Origin: Hypanus sabinus
Taxonomy: Eukaryota
Assembly (NCBI RefSeq): GCF_030144855.1
Contig: NC_082707.1
Location: forward strand, 173,538,001-173,602,000
Length of the DNA stretch: 64,000 nucleotides
Direction: 5' to 3'
In this document: piece by piece, positions 13,401 through 27,699 of the stretch
Numbering within the stretch: position 1 is the stretch's first letter
Layout: every line of letters starts with the position of its first letter
Position numbers and translations under genes: made by a program
The notes under the pieces: model-generated
Database searches by the model: none
The model's input: only the letters and a program-made list of their open reading frames with translations
What the model was told of the DNA's origin: nothing

Positions 13401-15001
13401 GGATGCTGAGCTGTAGTCAATGAAGAGCATCCTGATTTATGCATCTTGACTGTTCAGATGTTACACAGTTCAGTGAAGAGCCAGAGAAATGGCATCTGCT
13501 GTTGACCTATAGTGATGGTAGGAAAATTGGAGTGGATCCAAGTCAGTTCTCAGCAAGGAGTTGTAATATTTCTTATCAACCTCTCAAAACACTTCATCAT
13601 AGTGGATGTAAGTGCGGCTGGACAATAGTCATTGAAACAGGTTCTTCTGCACTGGTTTAATTGAGGCAGGTAGGTACCTCAGACTGTCAAAGTGAGAGGT
13701 TAAAGATAATTGGTGAACATTCCAAGCTGTTCATTAGCACAGGTCCTTGTACTCAGCCAGGTACTGCACCTAGGCCAGATGCTTTCCATGGGTTCACGCT
13801 CCTGAATGATGCTCTCCTGTCAGTCTCAGACTGAAATCATCGGGTCATTAGGGGCTATGGGAGTTTGAGAAATCTCCTCCATGTTTTGATAGTCAAAGTG
13901 AGCATAAAAGGCATTGAGCACATCTGGGTGGGGTCAAAGCCCCAAGCCTTGTTGTCACCTATGTCACTTGGTTTCACTTTGTAGTAGGAGGTGACAGCAT
14001 TCAAGTCCTGCCACAGCTGTCGTGGATCCTTCAGTGAATCAAGTTTGGTCCAGAATTGCCACTTCACATGTGAAATGGCTTTCTGGAGATCATTTCTTTG
14101 TCACTAGACCTGAATGCCACTGATCTGGCCCTCAGTAGATTGCAGATCTCATGGTCCATCCAGAGCCGGCTGGTGACGTAGTGGCATCGGCACTGGACTC
14201 TGGGGCAAATGGTCCTGAGTTTGAATCCAGCCACACTTTCCATCTGTGCTGGGTTGAGCATCGAGCTAGCAACTCGACCTCATTAAAAAAACTGGAGAAT
14301 GCTACAGAAACGCTGCCTGATGAGCAATCGATGCTTGTCATGACAGCGCCTCGATGTCTCCACCAGGAGTTAAGGATGGTGCAAGGGAAAGTCTGAATGA
14401 TTTTATAGGGACACATTAGTCTACAACTGTTTTTATTAAGTGCAAGACAACCGTTGTGTGTTGAGTCCCTGAACGCGACCCAGTCTACCAACTCGAAGCA
14501 ATTGGACAGCCGTTCCTCAGCCTCTCACTACCACCTCTTGGTTGTATTTATCATTGGTGCCCTGCTCTTCAGCCTCTGCTTGTATGTGAGCAGGAGGAGG
14601 ACAGCTAGGTGATCAGATTTCCCAAAATGATCTCTAGGCATGGAACGGTGGGCTTTTTAAGACAAATGTGTTGGGTTCCCTGGTGCTACAGGCGATGTGT
14701 TGAAGATAATTGTGCAGCTTTCTTCAAATAAGTCTGATTTAAGTACCTGACAGTTATTTGAAAGGTGCCAAGGTTGGCTGTTTCTTGATTGTTAATTGTG
14801 GCATCAATTGTTTTTTTTCTGCTTTGGCAGTATGTAAACCGTCAAAAGATCACAGGTCAAGAACACATAGAATTCTTTGAGTGGAACAGTTGCTTGATAA
14901 ATAGAATTCTCAGGATATGAACTGATTCTCCTTAACTGTACATCAGGATTCCACCAAATGCTAAACTTATTTTTGAAGTTGAGCTCGTAGATATTGAATA
15001 A
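4356..15001 (+). CDS. FKBP3: FKBP3 (FKBP25) peptidyl-prolyl isomerase, 225 aa; join(4356..4460,4817..4918,6551..6664,7396..7531,9012..9079,9902..9999,14947..15001)
   Basis: Exons join in frame (678 nt) to give [53 protein letters not shown]...[24 protein letters not shown]...[23 protein letters not shown]...[18 protein letters not shown]. This is collinear with human FKBP3 (BTHB domain + FKBP domain). All introns are GT..AG. Confidence 0.97.
4470..4518 (+). repeat. (GGC)n/(GGCAGC)n microsatellite at the start of FKBP3 intron 1
   Basis: gcggcggcggcagcggcagcggcagcggcagcggcagcggcggcggc. Confidence 0.9.
4817..4918 (+). CDS. FKBP3: FKBP3 coding exon 2
   Basis: tag|[34 protein letters not shown]|gtaaag. 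Confidence 0.95.
6551..6664 (+). CDS. FKBP3: FKBP3 coding exon 3
   Basis: cag|[38 protein letters not shown]|gttagt. Confidence 0.93.
7396..7531 (+). CDS. FKBP3: FKBP3 coding exon 4
   Basis: cag|[46 protein letters not shown]|gtaagc. Confidence 0.96.
7611..8490 (-). mobile_element. Rex1/Babar-like LINE 3' fragment
   Basis: Minus-strand peptides [23 protein letters not shown] and [19 protein letters not shown]; (attctg)-type tail. Confidence 0.75.
9012..9079 (+). CDS. FKBP3: FKBP3 coding exon 5
   Basis: cag|(G)[22 protein letters not shown]|gttagt. Confidence 0.95.
9225..9600 (+). mobile_element. V-SINE/HE1-like SINE; related copies at ~30780-30970 (-), 32596-32840 (+), 42245-42425 (-)
   Basis: tRNA-like head (gtagcgtggtta...gttcagttcc) and V-domain-like core (gtgtgtttc...tgctccatttcc.cccac.ttccaagga). 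Confidence 0.6.
9902..9999 (+). CDS. FKBP3: FKBP3 coding exon 6
   Basis: cag|[34 protein letters not shown]|gtatcctttt (U12 donor). Confidence 0.96.
10147..11022. mobile_element. Solo LTR (Gypsy/ERV-like), 876 bp, in the FKBP3 U12 intron
   Basis: Inverted termini TGTTACGAA...TTCGTAACA flanked by a 4-bp direct repeat CTGG (10143-10146 and 11023-11026). Confidence 0.85.
11090..11587. mobile_element. Mariner-derived palindromic non-autonomous element (MITE)
   Basis: ~140-bp inverted arms carrying a transposase C-terminal remnant ([26 protein letters not shown]), an internal second TIR pair, and TA at the flanks. Confidence 0.85.
11858..14810 (-). mobile_element. Long decayed Rex1/Babar-like LINE (endonuclease-RT), interrupted by a CR1 3' fragment (~12338-12740) and a SINE (~14164-14375)
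   Basis: Minus-strand peptides [45 protein letters not shown]; CR1 peptide [23 protein letters not shown]. Confidence 0.75.
14947..15001 (+). CDS. FKBP3: FKBP3 coding exon 7 (terminal)
   Basis: cag|(K)[20 protein letters not shown]; AATAAA at 15208-15213 downstream. Confidence 0.96.
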
Positions 15002-17032
15002 CCCCAAATCATGCTTGAGAATATTACCTCTAAACTGTCCACTGTTGCTCAAAAAGATCTCTGTAGATCAAGTTAATTGAATACTAAAATATGCATCTTC
15101 TGGACAAAATTGTGAATTTGTACAAAGCCTACGTGAATTTCTGTATGATTACCTACTATGCTGATGGTGGAATGATGCTTGGAACAAGATTAAAAACTGC
15201 CAGACAAAATAAAGCTGTTTTGGAGCCTCCAAAGATATTCTAAACTGAATTGTGTTGTTTTACTGAAAGATAACATTTTGTATTGTGTTGTTATTTATCA
15301 GCTTTTCATACCTCTACAAATTATGCATTGATACGTTCTCTTAAGGGGAATGTTATGATTAAACAACCTGGCAGCATCTCTGCACTTGATCTGTATTTAA
15401 TGCAACAGATGGAAAATATGGCTGAGGATGGAGAATTAAGAGCAAGCACGAAAAACAGTCATGAGAAGGCAGACAGCTGTTCACTCATAACATCTGTACA
15501 ATTCACTTTTGTGTCTCCCCCTCTAACCTTAGATGCAGAGGAGTAGGAAACTAATTCCATTTCAAATGCGAGTGGGTTTGCTTCCAGTATTTTTCCAGGC
15601 AACGCATTCCAGAACCTAGGAACTCATTAGATTAAAATGTTGTTCTAATGTTCTGCGCTCCCCCCAGTACTTTTTTTTTGCCAGTCATTCCAAATCTGTT
15701 GTTTTGAGATCCCTGATTTTCCATGCTGTCCAGCTCCTCCATTATAATAGGCATCAACTAATCTATTGGTTTTTCTCATTTTAGAACAATGTTCAGTTCC
15801 TTTCACCTATGCACTTAATTGAATTCAAACACTCCTTAGTTCTATTAATTTTTGGTAGCTACTGGTTGAACCATTGTTTTGTTGAATTGTGACATCTCAG
15901 GGATAGTTGGCATATCTTGCATAGTTAAGTTTTAGCTTTCAGTATAAACTATGTGGCTTTGTATGCAGAACATGCTTCACACATATGCACTGTAAAGAAT
16001 ATTATTTCTTGGTCGGATCCCAAATCTCTGCCACATTAGTGAATTCATGTTGGACATGACCACTCTCTCCAGCTATGCTGTTCTCTCTCCTTACATCACT
16101 TGAATAATTAGTTCTGCAGCACACAGTAAACTGGCAGTTTCTGCTTTCAGAGATGCTACTTACTACTTCTTAGCTTCCAAAATACTGGCTGCAGGATCTT
16201 GCTGTCTGTAGCTAATGGTGCCAGTAATCCATTCTAATTGTCCTGACCCCGATGTTTATGTCAATGATACCAAATCTCCCATAGATGAGAATGCCCCATT
16301 GCTGTTGTTTTCTAGATCTTTCTCCATTTTTACATATTATACAGAACCTTCTATTCCAAGGAGTGGAAACCACAGTGATTGAGTTAGGACATGCTTGAAA
16401 GATGTGGCACTCCTGGTTTTGCTCCTTGGGCAAGGGTACTAGTTTTACTGTTAACAGTTCAAATTATTTTTCTACATGTTAGAATCACAAGACAGATGCC
16501 CAGATATCAATAGTAATTTTGCATTTATTCAACAATGTCCTGAGATCTTCAGGACATTGGTAATTAAAGTGAAAATACTGTGCCTATTTTAGAAGTTGGG
16601 AGTTGACACCAACCTTATTTAGGCATCTATTGCCATTGGAAGGGAATTTTATATTGGTCATTTTACATGGCATATATGGATAAATAATAAACAATTCCAT
16701 TAGGACTGGTGATTATAAGCAGACAACATTTTGAAGGATCTAGACATGATTTAAAGGCATTTTTGCAATCAGAACAATTGACATCTGAAACATTGTGTGG
16801 GGACAGGTAACTGATATAGGCAGAGCAAATCACATTGTAAGCTTTGACATGAATACACACAAGTATAAAACTGGACAAGAATGTTATGGTGGTAATCTCT
16901 TTATTAATCCTATTACAGAATATCATGAGGCAAGCCAAAATTTTGCTGATTTTTCATATCAACTCCAATACATGTAATCATATCTGCAGAAGGCAAAATT
17001 AAACTTCTATCAAAGAGTTTTAGGTGACAAAT

Positions 17033-18651
<1,619 letters not shown>

Positions 18652-19738
18652 GGTGGTTCTGTGGGGTTAGTAAAAAGTTATTGATCAGAAATACCCCATG
18701 GCCTGTATATTTTACGCTTTTAATTCAGATCTCTCATTGTACACAAAGCTAATTTCCCATCTTTCAAACTGTCCTAGGTGCACTGGTGTAATAGACAATC
18801 CAGAATCAGGACCAAAAACATTTAGTGGCATGAATTCAATCAAGAAAACCGTGAATTTAAATTAATACTATTGTCTTAAAGTGTGTGGGGTGGTGCGGGC
18901 GAATCGTGATGGGAATAACCCGAAGTATAACCACGTAAACGAGTGAGTTGAGGGGGGAAAAAAGCATCGTGTTCGCTCATATTCTTTAGGGAAGAGGTAA
19001 TCTTTCATCCTTTCCTTTCTACGACTCTTGATGTACCCGAATTTCGCTCTCAATATCTCTGAAAGGGCCAACTCAGTCGCCATGTGAACCGCAGGTGCAG
19101 ATCAACGCACACCAAACGAGGAACTCAACAGGTCAGTCGGTGGGGAAACAGTCGAAACCCCTCATCAGGACAAGACTGGGCGAGGGAGGGTCTCGACCCG
19201 AAACGTCGCCTGTTCACTTCCCTCAGCAGAGTTCCGCCAGCTTTGTGCCTTACTCCACACTTCCAGCCCCCTTTCTTGCGCCTCCTTCTAGCCGCGTGGC
19301 TACCGACTCCCGGTAGGAATTGCAGCTTCGGCACGACTATCACCGCCTTCTCCGCACCACCCCCCCAACCCCAACCCCTGGCGAAAACCTCAGCGGCCTC
19401 ACAAATAAAGTCGCGATTCCCGTACAATCAGCCTGATGTCCGTAGCCCGAGACTGGCCAGCCGCGCCCGGGGTCTTTGGCCCAGAGACTCTCGATTTCCC
19501 GTTGTCCCGGGCCGTGGCCTCTCGGCCGCAGTCGATCGAGTGTGCCCATTAGGTTAGAGGCCTAGGACGGTGGCCCGGGGCGGGCCTTCATACCGCGCCA
19601 GAGTAGCGCACCGGACTCGGCGCCATTTGCCTCCTTGCACTCGTACAAGCAGAACACAACGGGCGAGGAGAAGATGGCTCAGCTAGTAAAAAGCCAGTCG
19701 GAGCCCAAGAGCAGCTCCGCGTCCTGTGTAACACTCAC

Positions 19739-19796
19739 CGGAACCTCGGGGCGCCTCCACCACAGCCACTCGCCACTCCAGCCGAGAGAGAAAGAG
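19739..19796 (-). promoter_or_regulatory. FAU: FAU non-coding exon 1 beginning with a TCT/5'TOP pyrimidine tract
   Basis: Minus strand reads CTCTTTCTCTCTCGG...TTCCG|gtgagt inside a CpG island (~19280-19990). A consensus NRF1 site TGCGCACGCGCA lies at 19801-19812 and YY1-like GCCAT cores near 19621 and 19675. This is typical ribosomal-protein promoter architecture. Confidence 0.85.
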
Positions 19797-19847
19797 CGAC
19801 TGCGCACGCGCAATTTAACAGCACCCGGCAGGCTGTGCACAACCGCG

Positions 19848-19990
19848 GGGCGAAAGTATCGCATTGCGCATGTCCACCACCGCTGGGCGAAAGTATCGCA
19901 ATGCGCATGTCCACAACCCAGCCGCTGGGCGAAAGTATCGCAATGCGCATGTCCACCACCGCAGGGCGAAAGTATCGCAATGCGCATGTG
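19848..19990. repeat. 37-42-bp tandem repeat (~4 copies) upstream of the FAU TSS
   Basis: Unit GGGCGAAAGTATCGCAATGCGCATGTCCACCACCGCT. Confidence 0.95.
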
Positions 19991-20754
19991 CACTGGGGGG
20001 TTGCAAATACAGATGTGTATGAAGACGTAAAGAAGGTGGACTTTTATCAGGCAGCATCGTAAAGGAGAAAAAGAGTTAACACTTTTGGTCAAAGATTTTT
20101 TTCAGTGGAGTGGGAAATAGAGAAAGTTAGTTTTGAATAGCAGAGTCAGTTGAGGAGGAATATACTGTTGGGGAGTGCGGTTTTTAATTTGATTCTATTG
20201 TGTTTCAATTCAACTTTGGATACCCGCAAGAAAATGAATCTTGGGGTAATATATACTGACATATGTGTACTTTGATAATAAATTTACTTTAAACTTTTGA
20301 ACCTTGAATACGTAGAGCAAATGGAAATATGTGTGGGGAGGAGAAACTTCCTGGTCGGTATAATCAGGACAGATTGAGAGGGCGAGAGCGAATAGGAACT
20401 TTAAGAGAGAACCACTGAGCCCGTGTCGCAGATAAATGGACTAAAAGCATAAATTCATGCTTCTGAGACTCAGATACCAAGTTACTAAATTCAATTTTGA
20501 AAACAGGTGATCACAATCTACCCCTACAGGGATATGTTAACCTCGTTATAACAATGCGATCAGTAAGATGCATAAATGTGGTAGGCAACAGGAAACGCAG
20601 ATTCTGCCCTACGGATTGAACATAGTGCTCAAGAGCAAAAATATGTGTGGACCTGAGTGAGAAGAGTTAGACAGATACGAAGAGAAAGAGTGGAACTCTA
20701 ATCAGGCTGAAATCACTAGTCAGTTTAGCTGAAACTCAGTATAGTTGCTTGATT

Positions 20755-23750
20755 GATTCAAAGGTCAAAGTAAATTATCAAAGTATGCATACATTACCAT
20801 ATACTACCTTGAGATTCATTTTGTAGGTATTTACAGAGAATTCTGTTGTATAAAAACTACATAAACAATCTCTGACAAACACTAATGTGCAAAATCAATC
20901 TCTGTAAATAAAAATAATACTGAAAGCATAAGCTATAAAGATTCCTTGAAAGGGGTTTTTAGATCATATAATCAGTTCAGAGTGGTGGCGAATGAAATTA
21001 TTCACACCAGTTCAGGAGCCTGATGGTGATAAGTTAACACCTGTTCCTGGACAGAGTGCTGTGAGACCGAAGGTTTCTGTATCTCCTACCCAGAGGCTGT
21101 ATTCACGTGGATGGTTGACTGACACTAAACTTGAACTGGACTGAAAAACTGTACACGAAGATGGACACATACCCAATGTGAAAAATATGCAGGGATGTGT
21201 GCTTAGCCCCCTGCTCTACTCCCTTTAACTGTGTGGCTAAGTACAGCTCTAACACCATATACAAGTTATCTGACGACACCACTGTTGTGGGCTGCATCAA
21301 AGAGGGTGATGAATCAGCATACAGGAGGGAGACTGAAAACTTGACTGAGTGGTGTAATGTTAACATCCTTTCACTCAATGTCACTAAGACCAAGGAACTG
21401 ATAGTAGAATTCAGGAGAGGGAAAACCAGTGGTCCATGAGCCCGTAATCATCAGATCAGAGGTGGTCAGTAACTTTAAATTTCTAGGTGTCACTATCTCA
21501 GAGGATCTGTCCTGGTCCATGATGGGTCCCATCATGTAAATATTATTGCAAAGAAAGCATGGTCGTGCCTCTACTTCATCAGGAGTCTACAGAGATTTGG
21601 CATGTCATCAAAAACCTTGGCAAGCTTCTATAGATATGTGGTGGAAAGTGTATTGACTGGTTGCTTATGGCCTGGTATAGGAACGCCAATGCCTTTGAGT
21701 GGAAAATCCTACAAAAGGTACCTGATTTGGCCCAGCACATCACGGGTAAAGCCCTCTGAACCATTAAGCACATCTGCGTGAAAGGTTGAAAGCAGCATTC
21801 ATCATCAAAGATCCTCACCTCCCAGGCTATGCTCTTATCTCACTGCTGCCATCGGGTGGAAGGTACAAGTGCCTCAAGACTCGCACCACCGGGCTTAAGA
21901 ACAGTTACTACCCTTCAACCATCAGGTTCTTGAACAAAAGGGGATAACTACACTCATTTAAGGACTCTATTATATTAATTCATGCTCGTTATTTATTGCT
22001 ATTTATTTATCTGTATTTGCACTATTTGTTTACAGTTCACAGTTATACTCTTAGCTGTGCTAAGTATGCCCGGAGAAAAAGAATTTTAGGGTTGTATGTA
22101 GTGGCATATATGTATTCTGATAATAAATTTTACTTTGAACTTTGAAATTGTGCAAATATGAAAAAAAAGCCCAAGATAATACTGTAATAAATATTGGGAA
22201 CATGAGTTATTGAAAGTGAGTCCATAGGTTGTGGAATCAGTTCAGTGCCAGGATGAGTGAAGTTTTCCACTCTGGTTCAGGAGCCTGATGGTTGCAGGGT
22301 GATAACTGTTCCTTACCCTTGTGTGGGACCTAAGGCTGGTATCTCCTTCCTGATGGCAGCAGTGAGAGGAAAACGTGGCCCACATGATGGATACTGCTCT
22401 CCTGTGACACCGTGCATTGTAGATGTGTTTGAAGGTGGGGAGGACTGAGCTGTATCCATTCCTTTTTTTACACTCTTCTGTTTGAGGGCATTGGGGTTTC
22501 TATACCAGGCGTCAATGCATCCAGACAGTATACACTCCACTGTGCGTCTACAGCAGTTTATCGACGTTTTAGATGATATGTGAAATCTTCACAAACTTCT
22601 AAGAAACTGAAGGTACTGCTGTGATGTCTCTCTAATAGCACATATGTGCTGGACCCAAGGTAATGCTGAGGATTGCAGAGTTACTGATTTTCTCCACCTC
22701 TGATCCCCTGTTGAGAACCGGCTCATGGACCCCGTTTCCTCCTGTAGTCATCATCAGCTTTTTGGTTTTGCTGACCTTGAGAGGCTGTTGTAGCGCCTGC
22801 TAGATTTGTTTCCCCCTTATCGCTGATTCATCACCACCTTTGATTCAGCCAACAGTGGTTTCATTAACAAACTTAATTATGACACTGGAGTTGTGCTTTC
22901 CCTCACAGTCATAAGTACAAAGCAAGAAAAGCAGGGGGGCTAAGCACAAAGCCTTGTGGTGCACCAGTGCCGATGGATAATTGTGGAGGAAATGTTGTTG
23001 TCAGTCTGAACTGGCTGGGGTCTGCAAGTGAGGCGATCGAGGATCCAGTTGCACAAGGCGGTAGAGGCCAGTGTCTTGCAGCTTATTGATTAGTTTTCGG
23101 GAAATGAGTGTGTGCATCTTTACTGTACAGATGTTCCAGAGTCAAGTGAGGAACCAATGAAATGGCATCTTCTCTTGACCTGCTGTGATGGCAGACAAAT
23201 TGTAGTGGATCCAAGTTGCTCCTCAGGAAGGAGTTGGTATCTTCCATCACCAACTACTCAAAGCACTTCATCATTGTGTACGTACTGTTAGTGCCACTGG
23301 ACAATGGTCACAGGAGCAGGGTGCCACATTCTTCTTATGCACTGGTATAATTGAAGCCTGCTTGAAGCAGGTGGGTACCTCAGACTATCAAAGCAAGAGG
23401 TTAAAGATGTCAGTAAACACTCTAGCCAGTTGATTACCAGATGCTTCCCATGGGTGCACACTCCTGAAGGATTCTCTCACATCAGGATCAGAGACTGAAA
23501 TCATTGGGGTTTGTGTGAGTTTGTGAAGGTGTGAAGATTTATCAGAGAAAGACAGCATAAAAGGCATTGAGGTTATCTGGGAGCAAAAGCTTATGGTCAC
23601 ATGGTTTTACTTGGTAGGAAGTGAAAGCATTTAAGCCTGGTCACAGCTGTTGAGCATCCTTCTGTGATTCAAATTTGGTCCTCTTTCCTTGGTCACCAGA
23701 CTGGAACACCTCCAAATCTAGCCTTCAGCAGGCTACGGGTGTCTTGGTTC
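20755..23750. mobile_element. Cluster of Rex1/Babar-like LINE fragments in alternating orientation (-, +, -)
   Basis: Plus-strand YSSNTIYKLSDDTTVVGCIKEGDESAYRRETENLTEWC at 21197-21439; minus-strand ECILSGCIDAWY and NQLARVFTDIFNLLL. Confidence 0.75.
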
Positions 23751-24614
23751 ATCAGGAGTTTGCTTCACAACAGACATATAATTAGCCTTTACAACAATGA
23801 AAGGCACAGATGAACACACACTCCAGTTACACATCAGCTTGATAGTACACCCTGCTTTGTCACCAACTACTTGATGTCACTGCAATGTGTAGACAATGTT
23901 ACCTTCTCCCAAGTCAGTATGGCTGGTCACATAGGCAATGCCTCTTACCTACAACCACCAGATTCTTGAACAAACATGTAAAATCCTAAACTTACCTCAG
24001 CAACAGAACACCTCTGACAACCTCTTTCACCACCACAGAGTTGTTTCTGATCATGTTTTTGTTTTGCACCGATGTCTTTTTTCCTCGTTGCTTTTTTATA
24101 ATTTACATTGTCTGCTTAAGACTGCAGATACCAGAATCCTGAGCAATAATTAATCTGCTGGCTAAGCTCCATGAGACAGAGCATCTATGGAAGGAAATAT
24201 CAATGTTTTGGGTTGAAACCCTGCACTAAGGTAGGTATTTTGTATGTTGTCTGAATTTCTGTGCCTATGATTCTGCTGCAAGCTTTTCATTATAACTGTA
24301 CCTCGTAGTACCCATGCACAAGACAAACATCAGTACCCTATGCACAAGTTATTTTTTTTTAGGTAAAAAGAACAGGGTTCTGGCAGTATACACATATCAT
24401 GTTGTAAACAAACAATTCAACATAACGTGGCCATAATAAGTGTTCTGCCAAGGGACTCAGTTCTTCTGTACACAGGCTATTTTGCATTATCTCAACAGAC
24501 TGACCAATCTGATTATCATAAGACTTCAGTTATCATAACACAATCATTCACTATCTACATGCCCATTAGGATATACATTTTATTTGCATTGCAATGAAAC
24601 ATCAGTTCAGATTA

Positions 24615-25545
24615 ACACACACAAAATGCTGGTAGAACTCAGGTCAGGCAGCATCTATAGAAATGAATACAGTCGACATTTCAGGCTGACACCCTTCACT
24701 TGGAATGGATAGGAAGGGGAAAGAAATCAGAGGGTGGGGGTTGAGGAAGGAGTTTAAACTGGGTGATAGGTGAAGGCAGGTGAGTGGGGGAGGGGTATGA
24801 GGTAAGAAGCTAGAATGTGATGGGTGGAAAAAGGTAAATGCTGGAGAAGGAATCAGGAGAGTGGACCAAGGTAGAAAGAGGAGATGGGTCACCAGAGAAA
24901 GGCAATAGGCAGGTGAGGAGAAGAGGCAAGATGGGGGACAGAGTGCAGAACTGAAGAGGAGGGGGAAAAATTACTGGCAGTTTAAGAAATTGATGCTCAT
25001 GCCATCAGGCTGGAGGCTACCCAGATGGAATTTGAGGTGTTGCTCCTCCAGCCTGAGAGTGGCCTCATATTGTGGCAGTAGAGGTGGCCACGGACTGACA
25101 TATCAGAATGGAAATAAAGTTTAGAATTAAAATGGTTGGCCACTGGGAAATCCAGTTTTTTTTGTGGATAGAGCAATCCCTAATCTACATTGTGTCTCGC
25201 CAATGGAGGCCACATTGCGAACAATGGATATAATAGATCACTCACCTGGAAGGACTGTTCAGGACCCTGAATGCAACTGAGGGAGGAGGTGAATGGTGAA
25301 GTTTAGCCCTTTTTGCACTTGGCGGGGCTAAGTGCCTGTAAGATTAGTGGGGAGGCACAAATGGTTGAGGCAATTCTCAGGCAGAACTATCCATGTGGAA
25401 AGTGGAGAGTTGGTGGGGGGGGGGGGGGTGGTTAAAGATGTATTTGATCCAATTGAAGCTGGCATAAGTTGTGGAGAATGTGTTGGATGTGGAGGCTCAT
25501 GGGATGATAGGTGAGGACAAGAGGATTTGAAGGATATTGACATCT
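24615..25545 (-). mobile_element. Penelope-like (GIY-YIG) element fragment; related fragments at ~26370-26760, 29150-29650 (-), 45930-46090, 52990-53580 (+)
   Basis: Family peptide EEQHLIYRLDSLQPDGMNIDF (29547-29768) and [15 protein letters not shown] (53161-53448); shared cacacaaaatgctgg..gaactcag terminus. Confidence 0.65.
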
Positions 25546-27699
25546 CTGACTTACCAGAAAGAAAATGTTGGGAACAGTTGCAGTAGAAATAAAGGGAATA
25601 TATACAAGTTAAATTAAATTAGTGCAAAAGAGAAAAAAAACAGAAGATAAAGTAGTGAGGTAGTGTTCGTGCGTTTAATGTCCATTCAGAAATCTGATGG
25701 CAGAGCTTTTCCTGAATCGTTGAGCATGTACCTCCTTCCTGATGGTAGCAATGGGAAGAGGGCATTGAATTTATTTGAGGATGCTCATTGGGAAAGGAAA
25801 TGGAGTAAATCAAAGGGAAATCAACAGCAGAAAAGTTTAAAATTATTTTATTTTACAATAGGATAGGTAATAAATCCAGGAAAATTTGGATACTTTTAAA
25901 TAACTAAAGAAAGATAAATAGCAAAAAATTCTAAAGACATCTTAAAGCAAAATTATGTAGGTTCTGCACATTTAAGAACAGAAAATGCTGGAAATGCTCA
26001 ACATGGTCAAGCAGCACAATAAAAAGCCATTTGAAGTGGATAAATTTCTGGCAAAATAAATTAATTTAATGCTTGCATGTGCATTGTTCTTGAGGGAATT
26101 GAGAGGAAGTAGATATTACTATAATACAAAGCAAAAGATTTATTTCAACAATGCATAGGAGCCTTTACCATGAACATTTGTGGAAGAGAAGCCCAAAATG
26201 CCAACCTGCAGATGCTTGTGTGAACATTTCACTGTTTAAAATGACAATGCAGAATAAAGATGTACAAGCTGCTTTCAAAAATTAAGTAATGAATGCAGAA
26301 ATTGTTGGTAACTCCCAGACAATTAGCAACTGAAAGAATGATTTTCATAGGTTAATCATAAACAACATATTCTGCAGATGCTGGAAATCCACAGTAGCAC
26401 AAACAAAATGCTGAAAGAACTCAGCAGGTCAAACTACGGAGAGGAGTAAGAGTTGAGGCTTCGGACGAAGACCCTTTCGTCAGGACGTTTAAGGAAACAG
26501 CCAGAATAAGAAATTAGGGGGAGGGGAAGGAATACAAGCTGGAAGGTGATAGGTGAAGTCAGGTGATAGGGAAAGTAGGTAGGTAGGAAGGGGAGTCCGG
26601 ATGAAGTGAAAGGATGGGAGGAAATAGTTGGAAAAAGGGCTGAAAGAGGAATCTAAAGGAGAGAAAAGTGAAACGAGAGAGGAAAAAAAGGAGAGGCACT
26701 AGAGGAACGTGAAGAGAATGGGGTAAGAAAGGAGCCGGAATAGTGGATGGGAAAGGAAGAGGAAACTTATATTCCAGATTTATGGTGTTTGCTAATTGTA
26801 TCTGATGCAATACAAGAATAATAGAATGTGGAGCTACAGGACAAAATAGGTGAGTGGAACTACATGGATAGCTCTACCAAAGACCTGGCATGTGTACTAT
26901 TGCACATGGTCCAAACAGCCCAATGCATTTAATAACAGCGTTAAGCATGGTCTTGACAACCATATTTAGTGCTGGAGTAATTCTTGAAAGAGAATTCACA
27001 CTTCCACTTTTTCCCCACCTATTGCCTTCCAGGTTTCCCACTTCATTTCCCTCTTACCCATCTTCCTTGACACCTGGATTCCCCATCACCTTCCAGCTTG
27101 CACTCTATAGCTTCCAACTATTTAAACTTAAGCTTCAAAGATGCTGCTTGAATTAAAAATTTGATTAACCACTCTTGCCATGTAGTATCCCTGCTATACA
27201 TAGTTATTTATTACAAGAATCAGAAAGCATCACAAATTTCATTTTAAGGATTTATTTTTGCACCACTCAGCAACGTTAACATGGTGCACAGTTGCAAAGA
27301 AAACAGATTTAGAAAATGGAAGGTCAAATAGAAATGTTATCAAATGGATGTGTTTCTGCCTAAAAGATTAATTCTAAAGAAGGACAAAATTCACTTGTAT
27401 AATATTTCAAATTGTTTAGATGGCTTCATCAATTAAAAAAACACATAATAATTCTGGGCTTCAACTACTAAGAGGTAATAAGGATGAAAGAATAGTTTTC
27501 TTTCATCAGTAAAAAAAATTATTGCGAAGAAATGTGTATTAAATTTCACAGGAATCAGAACATGATTTACAACTTCTATCATGTGCTGTAACCTATTTTC
27601 AGCTGACCTTTACAGAGAAATTTTGGATTAAACTTTCTCTTAACAATTGTAGGGTTACTTTGGCTATGGCTTAAGTATGCCACAATGGAACAAATCTAG

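Larger units (their letters stand above)
10000..14946 (+). other. FKBP3: U12-type (minor spliceosome) GT-AG intron, FKBP3 intron 6
   Basis: 5' splice site GTATCCTTTT at 10000; branch site TCCTTAAC at 14929-14936, 10 nt before the 3' end, with no polypyrimidine tract. Confidence 0.95.

Noticed and set aside
19587-19640. Possible extra FAU 5' exon with ATGGCG and donor GCG|gtatga (would form an out-of-frame uORF)
   Set aside because: AAATGGCG is more simply a YY1 site typical of ribosomal-protein intron 1; the acceptor is poor and there is no other support
19084-20092. Multiple ORFs over the FAU CpG island
   Set aside because: GC-rich promoter and intron 1 sequence plus a tandem repeat; no recognisable protein
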